Of a stretch of 6,960 bases of DNA, positions 1 to 4,613 are shown in pieces. The stretch lies in contig CAZMCX010000039.1 in NCBI GenBank assembly GCA_964565125.1, forward strand, positions 1 through 6,960, read 5' to 3'. This DNA is from an uncultured archaeon (GTDB taxonomy: Archaea; Iainarchaeota; Iainarchaeia; Iainarchaeales; 0-14-0-20-30-16). Position 1 is the first letter of the stretch; each line of letters starts with the position of its first letter. The notes beneath the pieces are model-generated. The model was not told the DNA's origin, made no database searches, and saw only the letters and a list, made by a program, of their open reading frames with translations. The position numbers and the translations under genes were made by a program.

Positions 1-87
1 AGGCTTTGTATTCCAAAGATCTTGTGACACTTTGTAAAATATTTGTGTCGATAGATATAAAATATTCTACACTGTATGCCCAGTGTG

Positions 88-267
88 CTAGGCGAAGATT
101 TTTTCAAAGTATTTTGTTTTATAATTTTTTATTCTGTCCTTTGCAACATCACCTAAGTAATGCACATTTAAAACAAAGACAGTAACTATTGCAACCAAAA
201 CAATTGCAAAAACAATAGTTAAGAGGTACTCTAAAGATACTTGAGCCCTCTTTTCTTTAAAATACAT
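88..267 (-). CDS. Miniature class III signal-peptide (type IV prepilin-like) pilin, paralog A, 59 aa; not in supplied ORF track
   Basis: Manual reverse-strand translation with ATG at 267-265 and TAG at 90-88 gives MYFKEKRAQVSLEYLLTIVFAIVLVAIVTVFVLNVHYLGDVAKDRIKNYKTKYFEKIFA. A short basic leader (KEKRA) is followed by QVSLEYLL and about 25 uninterrupted hydrophobic residues. This fits the QxSxExxxL pattern of the archaeal Class_IIIsignal family (PF04021). An SD-like GTGATCC (plus strand 272-278) lies 4 nt upstream of the ATG and overlaps the stop of the upstream pilin gene. It is paralogous to the 278..478 ORF. Confidence 0.75.
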   Translation of the reverse strand: MYFKEKRAQVSLEYLLTIVFAIVLVAIVTVFVLNVHYLGDVAKDRIKNYKTKYFEKIFA

Positions 268-277
268 AAAAGGATCA

Positions 278-478
278 CTACTTTATTTCTGGTATTGCAG
301 CTTTTCCGCTTTTTAAGGTATCCGTGTAAACTTCGGTTTGGCTATTTACATCTGAGCCGCCTTTCTTGCCCAAATTAATTACAATAGCAATAACCACAGC
401 AGCCAGAACAATAGACCCACCAATAATTAAAAGGTACTCCAAAGCGCCTTGTGCTTTTTCATCTTTTAGAAATTTCAT
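278..478 (-). CDS. Miniature class III signal-peptide (type IV prepilin-like) pilin, paralog B, 66 aa
   Basis: The ORF-track protein is MKFLKDEKAQGALEYLLIIGGSIVLAAVVIAIVINLGKKGGSDVNSQTEVYTDTLKSGKAAIPEIK. It has a charged leader, then AQGALEYLL, a hydrophobic helix and a short hydrophilic tail. A strong SD (GGAGGGGT, reverse complement of 484-491) lies about 6 nt upstream of the ATG. Confidence 0.85.
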   Translation of the reverse strand: MKFLKDEKAQGALEYLLIIGGSIVLAAVVIAIVINLGKKGGSDVNSQTEVYTDTLKSGKAAIPEIK

Positions 479-501
479 TTTTTACCCCTCCAAAAATAAT
501 T

Positions 502-681
502 TTATTTTCCACTTGTTTTTTCATACAATTCTTTCCACTTGTTTTCATCTGGTTGAGATTCAACAACCTTGGTTTTAATATAATAACCTATTAATGTAAC
601 TAGTACCAAAACACCAGCTACAATCAATATTACTTCCAAAGATGTTTGTGCTTTTTTATCATCAATATAACTTTCATTCAT
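502..681 (-). CDS. Miniature class III signal-peptide (type IV prepilin-like) pilin, paralog C, 59 aa; not in supplied ORF track
   Basis: Manual reverse-strand translation with ATG at 681-679 and TAA at 504-502 gives MNESYIDDKKAQTSLEVILIVAGVLVLVTLIGYYIKTKVVESQPDENKWKELYEKTSGK. The leader ends in KKA, followed by QTSLEVIL and a hydrophobic helix. A partial SD (GTGAG) lies upstream. The gene starts 15 nt after the platform gene stop. Confidence 0.75.
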   Translation of the reverse strand: MNESYIDDKKAQTSLEVILIVAGVLVLVTLIGYYIKTKVVESQPDENKWKELYEKTSGK

Positions 682-696
682 AAATGCTCACTAAAA

Positions 697-1605
697 TTAC
701 ATCATTCCTATTAATAAATATTTCGAAAGGTACTTTATGCCGTAGAATGCAATATACGCACACAATAAAAACAATGGCAGATACAAAAAGGTTTTTGCAA
801 ATTTACGTTCACGCATGAAAACAACCATTATAGATGATGCCAAAGCCTGAATAAAAACAAATATAGTTAATACGCTTTCGATTAAATTTCTAACACCTAG
901 TGCAGTTGCAACTGTTTCTAGCTTTGCCAGTCCTGCAGATGATGTTACAGTAAGTAAAAAATCGATTAGGGTTAAAACCAAACCATAGATTGCGGGAGCA
1001 ATTATTGCTCCAGCTGCAAAAATAAAAAGCATTTGCATCATTGTTTTTGCTTTTCTATCTAATTCTAATTTGTATAATTTTCGCATATCTTCAGACAAAT
1101 CCTCTAAAATATCTGATAAAGAAGCACCAGCTTTTATAGAATCTGAAATTATAGATATTGTCTTTTTCACCATTTGTGAATCTACATTTTCAGCAACAAT
1201 AGATAATGATTCTTCAAAATTATAACCTTGTTCTAATCTTAGCAAAACATTTTCAAATTCATCATTCAATGGCCCATAATCATAAGTTGTCAACTCTCTT
1301 ATAGCGTATTCGTACGTTCCTCCGGTTTTTAAAAGATATGCAATTTCTCTTAATGCATTTGGAAAATACTTTTCTATAAGAGAAATTCTTTTCTCTTCTA
1401 AAAATAAGGGATAACCTATAAACAAATCAAATGCACACAAAAATCCTACGATCCCTAAAACTATATTTCCTAATAAAATAAACAAAAACAAAACTATCAA
1501 ACCAACAATCAAAGCAAGGAGAAGCCAAAGATTAACATTTATCTTTATTTTGTTCCTGTACAAAACAGTTTGGTATTTTTGCAACATCAAATTTATATTG
1601 AACAT
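697..1605 (-). CDS. Type IV filament platform protein, single T2SSF domain (TadC / EpdK-like), polytopic membrane protein
   Basis: The 302-aa ORF has an N-terminal TM hairpin and a cytoplasmic helical domain (FPNALREIAYLLKTGGTYEYAIRELT...LEQGYNFEESL...IKAGASLSDILEDLSEDM) typical of the GspF/PilC/TadC T2SSF fold (PF00482). C-terminal TM helices follow. SD GTGAT lies 5 nt upstream of the ATG at 1605. Confidence 0.85.
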   Translation of the reverse strand: MFNINLMLQKYQTVLYRNKIKINVNLWLLLALIVGLIVLFLFILLGNIVLGIVGFLCAFDLFIGYPLFLEEKRISLIEKYFPNALREIAYLLKTGGTYEYAIRELTTYDYGPLNDEFENVLLRLEQGYNFEESLSIVAENVDSQMVKKTISIISDSIKAGASLSDILEDLSEDMRKLYKLELDRKAKTMMQMLFIFAAGAIIAPAIYGLVLTLIDFLLTVTSSAGLAKLETVATALGVRNLIESVLTIFVFIQALASSIMVVFMRERKFAKTFLYLPLFLLCAYIAFYGIKYLSKYLLIGMM

Positions 1606-1614
1606 AAAATATCA

Positions 1615-2748
1615 CTATATACTTGGCCTTATACTTCTAATATACAATAACAAACCCAATAATATCAGCGGGAATATTACTAAAAAAGAAATTATTATTA
1701 CAGTTGGAGTTAAAGGAAGAGCATCAAAAAAGGAAATGCTCGATCCCAAAGGCGCATTCCTTATTCCAGATAATATTGCCAACATTACAGGAACAACAAT
1801 TCCAACAAAAATATAAATTACTCCTAAAAAATTTAATTTCCCAGAAAAGGTATCAATATCTGCAGACAATTGATAAGACACATCATCTGCAATTGTTGTC
1901 ATTATTTCTGACAAATTTCCTCCGCTCTTTAATGCTCTTAACAAATGATTTATTGCGTTTTTCAAAGCAAATGATTTTGTTCTGAGGGATAATGCTCTCA
2001 AAGCATCTTTAATGTCTTGGCCTTCTTCAACTTCCATTATTGTTTTTGTTAATTCTTGTGACAAAACACCATAATCAGATACAGCAACTGTTCTTACCAC
2101 TTTATACAAGTCCACCCCAGCTCTCAAGAGAGTTGCCATGTGCCTTAATGCAAAAGGCAAATTAGTATCTATTTCTTTAGCTCTCTTTTTTGCAATCATT
2201 GAGGGGTATTTCAAAGCAAAAAATGCACCCCCTATAAAAAAGAAGATGCACAATATTAAAGGTATTAAAAAACTTACTCCTAACAATAAAAATACAGAAA
2301 ATAATGCAATAATTACTACCAAATTAAATAAAAAAACAGAAACTGATGCTATTGCCAAATATTGTGAAACACTATAATTTATATCTGCAGAATAAAGTTC
2401 GTATGCTAACACTTTAGACTCTGGCAATTTTCCTAAAATCTTTTTTGCAATAAATCCAAAAAACTTGCTGAATTTAGTATATATTGTGCCAATATTTCGT
2501 ACAACAGGATTAAAACTGTACGATAAATCAGCAGGCTTCAACACTTCTATCTTTGCTCTTTTTCCCTCGGAGATCAATGATCTTAATTCTTTTAAATTAT
2601 ATGTTTCTGAATCCCCTAACAATCCTTGCTTCTCATATTTTTCTTTTATTCTACTAACTATGGCATCAACTTTAGACATGTCTATCTGTTCTTGTATTTC
2701 AACTTTATTTTTGCTGGTATCTGAAACAAAGGTTTGTTGATAAGCCAT
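1615..2748 (-). CDS. Type IV filament platform protein, single T2SSF domain (TadB / EpdJ-like), polytopic membrane protein with about 120-aa cytoplasmic N-terminal extension
   Basis: The 377-aa ORF has TM helices and a T2SSF-like cytoplasmic domain (LPFALRHMATLLRAGVDLYKVVRTVA...VEEGQDIKDALRAL...LKSGGNLSEIMTTIADD), followed by C-terminal TM helices. SD GAGGA lies 6 nt upstream of the ATG at 2748. Confidence 0.85.
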   Translation of the reverse strand: MAYQQTFVSDTSKNKVEIQEQIDMSKVDAIVSRIKEKYEKQGLLGDSETYNLKELRSLISEGKRAKIEVLKPADLSYSFNPVVRNIGTIYTKFSKFFGFIAKKILGKLPESKVLAYELYSADINYSVSQYLAIASVSVFLFNLVVIIALFSVFLLLGVSFLIPLILCIFFFIGGAFFALKYPSMIAKKRAKEIDTNLPFALRHMATLLRAGVDLYKVVRTVAVSDYGVLSQELTKTIMEVEEGQDIKDALRALSLRTKSFALKNAINHLLRALKSGGNLSEIMTTIADDVSYQLSADIDTFSGKLNFLGVIYIFVGIVVPVMLAILSGIRNAPLGSSISFFDALPLTPTVIIISFLVIFPLILLGLLLYIRSIRPSI

Positions 2749-2832
2749 AAAAATTCCTCTTTTTATTTTTTTGGACCTGTTGTTATTTTTCTTTTTGAGA
2801 AAAATAATTACTGGCCATATTCATCACAAATT

Positions 2833-4509
2833 TTAAGATTCATAATATTTCGCAATATATTTTGCGACATCGTCTTTTTTTCTTATATTTTTTTCTAACA
2901 ACAAATCAAAGAATTGTGCTCTATTATCTATTTCGTCTTTTACATTTTGTGTTGTTCTTCCAGAATATGTTGAAATATTTTTAACTACTCTTGAAGGTAT
3001 AGAAGTATCATATATTTTATCGCGTTTAGGATCCCATTCAAATATCCTTTGTGTTTTAATTTGATCTTCAATAACGCCAGAAACTTCAGAAATCTCCACA
3101 ATTCGTCTTATTGTTCCTTTTTTTTTGTCGTGCAACCTATTTTGAACAATTATCATATCCAATCCTGCCAACATCATCTTAGGAACGTTCATTGGTGGGT
3201 TTGTAATTCGTGTTAAAGTTTCATCAGAATTGTTTGCATGCAATGTTCCCATACTTCCATCGTGTCCTGTTGACATAGCAGTAAAAAGAGTATCTGCTTC
3301 AGCACCTCTTACTTCACCAACTATTATTCTATCGGGTCTCATTCTCAAAGCATTCTTTGTAAGCATCTCTAAAGTAATTTCCCCGGTGCCTTCTATTCCT
3401 GGTGGCCTAGATTCTAATCTAATCCAATGTTTCAAAGGGAGATTTAATTCTGAAGTGTCCTCGATCGAAATAATCCTTTCATATTCAGGGATCAAAGAAC
3501 ACAAAACATTTAGAGTTGTTGTTTTACCTGATCCTGTACCTCCAGAAATAACGATATTTGCTGGTTTTGTACTTAAGCCTTCAACACAAGTCCATAAAAA
3601 ACCAGCAACATAAGAATCAAATGTTTTATAACTTATCAAATCAACAACAGTATATGGCTCTTCTCTAAATTTTCTAATAGTTAAGGTAGAGCCTTGAACA
3701 GATGCTGGGGGCAAAGTAGCATTTACTCTTGATCCATCAGGCAAACGAGCATCCAATAATGGTTGTGAATAATCTATTCTTCTTCCTGCATATCTTGCAA
3801 TTCTTCCAACAATATCTTGAATCTCTTTATCAGTATAAAAAACAATATTTGTTGTCATCATTTCATATTGCCTATGAAAAACGTACACTGGGTGGTTTGG
3901 GCCAATAATCATTATTTCTTCTAATAAATCATCTTTTAACAAAAGATCTATTTTTCCAAAACCCACCATTTCTCTTACAACACTTTCAGCATAAAAACTT
4001 AACATGCTCTCTGGAATTTTCAATTCTGGAGATGAATTAATTATTTCCATAACTTTTTGATAATAAACATTCCATCTTTGTTTCTCGTCCCTTATTTTAT
4101 ATGGTGCTAGAGAAATTATTCTTGTAGCTGCTTCCTTTATTGTATTTATTATTTCTTGTTCGCTCGTATTTGCTTTTGGCACAGGCACTTCATAATGCAA
4201 TAATGGGCGTCCTTCTAATTTGTATATTGTAACTTGATTATATTTTGCAACAACTGTTTTTTGAACTTCTCCTAAAGAATCTACACTTATTTCTTTTGTT
4301 GTATTCAGTATATTTTTGAGATTTTCAAAATGTTTTGAATCAATTTTTTGAATTGGTACATCTTTTGTTGACTGTTCCTCTTCTGGCAAAGAAATTTTCT
4401 TTGGCGAACCAATTATACTCTGCAATTCTTTATTAAAATCGTCTTGTCTAATATCTTTCTTTTTCTTCTGTTGAGTATCCTTAAATAAATCTCCCATTAT
4501 TTCTCCCAT
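2833..4509 (-). CDS. Type II/IV secretion-family hexameric ATPase (FlaI/ArlI / CpaF-TadA / EpdL-like pilus assembly ATPase)
   Basis: Walker A is ISGGTGSGKTT (3517..3543), the Asp box is IISIEDTSEL, Walker B is RPDRIIVGEVRGAEA and the His box is TGHDGSMGTLHAN. All are diagnostic of the T2SSE family (PF00437). The track ORF begins at a TTG (4539). I place the start at ATG 4509, which is preceded by SD GGTGAT 3 nt upstream. ATG 4497 is an alternative start. Confidence 0.9.
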   Translation of the reverse strand: MGEIMGDLFKDTQQKKKKDIRQDDFNKELQSIIGSPKKISLPEEEQSTKDVPIQKIDSKHFENLKNILNTTKEISVDSLGEVQKTVVAKYNQVTIYKLEGRPLLHYEVPVPKANTSEQEIINTIKEAATRIISLAPYKIRDEKQRWNVYYQKVMEIINSSPELKIPESMLSFYAESVVREMVGFGKIDLLLKDDLLEEIMIIGPNHPVYVFHRQYEMMTTNIVFYTDKEIQDIVGRIARYAGRRIDYSQPLLDARLPDGSRVNATLPPASVQGSTLTIRKFREEPYTVVDLISYKTFDSYVAGFLWTCVEGLSTKPANIVISGGTGSGKTTTLNVLCSLIPEYERIISIEDTSELNLPLKHWIRLESRPPGIEGTGEITLEMLTKNALRMRPDRIIVGEVRGAEADTLFTAMSTGHDGSMGTLHANNSDETLTRITNPPMNVPKMMLAGLDMIIVQNRLHDKKKGTIRRIVEISEVSGVIEDQIKTQRIFEWDPKRDKIYDTSIPSRVVKNISTYSGRTTQNVKDEIDNRAQFFDLLLEKNIRKKDDVAKYIAKYYES

Positions 4510-4520
4510 CAAATCACCAA

Positions 4521-4528
4521 TATTTATA
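4521..4528 (-). promoter_or_regulatory. Candidate archaeal TATA box (TATAAATA on the minus strand) for the pilus operon
   Basis: The minus strand reads GGTATAAATATTGGTGATTTGATGGGAGAAATAATG. The TATA-like octamer ends 11 nt before ATG 4509 and 23 nt before ATG 4497. That spacing would fit a leaderless transcript starting near 4497. Other A/T-rich TATA-like strings (for example TTTATATG near 4589-4596) also occur in the spacer, so the assignment is weak. Confidence 0.25.
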
Positions 4529-4537
4529 CCTAACCAC

Positions 4538-4613
4538 AAATTTTACTGTTTAGTGTATTAGCCAATACACAATCGATACATAAAATTTACATATAAATTT
4601 TACTGCTTAGTGT
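4538..4613. repeat. Pair of 19-nt direct repeats (18/19 identical) flanking the rfcS/ATPase intergenic spacer, with an internal 7-bp hairpin
   Basis: Copy 1 at 4538-4556 is aaattttactgtttagtgt and copy 2 at 4595-4613 is aaattttactgcttagtgt. Copy 2 covers the last codons and stop of rfcS. Copy 1 lies just upstream of the ATPase start region. An inverted repeat gtgtatt/aatacac (4553-4559 / 4564-4570, 4-nt loop) overlaps the end of copy 1. Confidence 0.6.

Noticed and set aside
1-87. Possible fourth pilin paralog or next gene running off the left edge
   Set aside because: The minus strand has ttccaaagat..ttgtg nucleotide similarity to the pilin C motif region. One frame reads ...QSVTRSLEYKA. 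A GTG lies at 30-28, about 25 nt downstream of a TTTTATATC TATA-like string. However, the SLEY frame has no canonical start codon, and the GTG frame (VSQDLWNTKP) lacks the pilin motif. Only about 10 codons are visible before the window ends, so neither reading can be supported.
366-578. Plus-strand 70-aa ORF overlapping pilin B and the pilin B/C spacer
   Set aside because: It is antisense to a well-supported pilin gene. The sequence is low-complexity (FIFYPSKNNFIFHLFFH) with no SD or recognisable motif. This is a typical shadow ORF in AT-rich DNA.
1606-1617. Interpretation of the two platform genes as one gene broken by a frameshift or nonsense mutation (pseudogene)
   Set aside because: The genes are in the same frame but separated by two consecutive stop codons (TAG TGA). 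The downstream gene has its own SD and ATG. Each half has a complete single-domain T2SSF architecture with its own TM segments, matching the known TadB/TadC and EpdJ/EpdK split.
1550-2740. Plus-strand ORFs 1550..1816, 1704..1985, 2138..2377 and 2465..2740
   Set aside because: All lie entirely antisense to the two T2SSF platform genes. Their compositions are Lys/Asn/Ile-rich and lack motifs. They overlap each other in different frames and no ribosome-binding sites were seen.
2780-2825. 13-codon mini-ORF (MNMASNYFSQKEK) in the ATPase/platform spacer, and a 7-codon ORF (MYRLCIG) in the 4540..4599 spacer
   Set aside because: They are too short, have no SD and show no hydrophobic or conserved character. 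This is consistent with chance in AT-rich spacers.
3230-3613. Plus-strand 127-aa ORF inside the ATPase gene
   Set aside because: It is antisense to the most conserved part of the ATPase (Walker A to His box). An open antisense frame is expected where the sense strand is codon-constrained, and it has no recognisable domain signature.
4510-4539. TTG-initiated N-terminal extension (MWLGINIGDL) of the ATPase ORF as listed in the track
   Set aside because: The TTG has no SD. The extension would cover the GGTGAT SD and the TATA-like element that precede the in-frame ATG at 4509. The ATG start is more parsimonious, though the TTG is not excluded.
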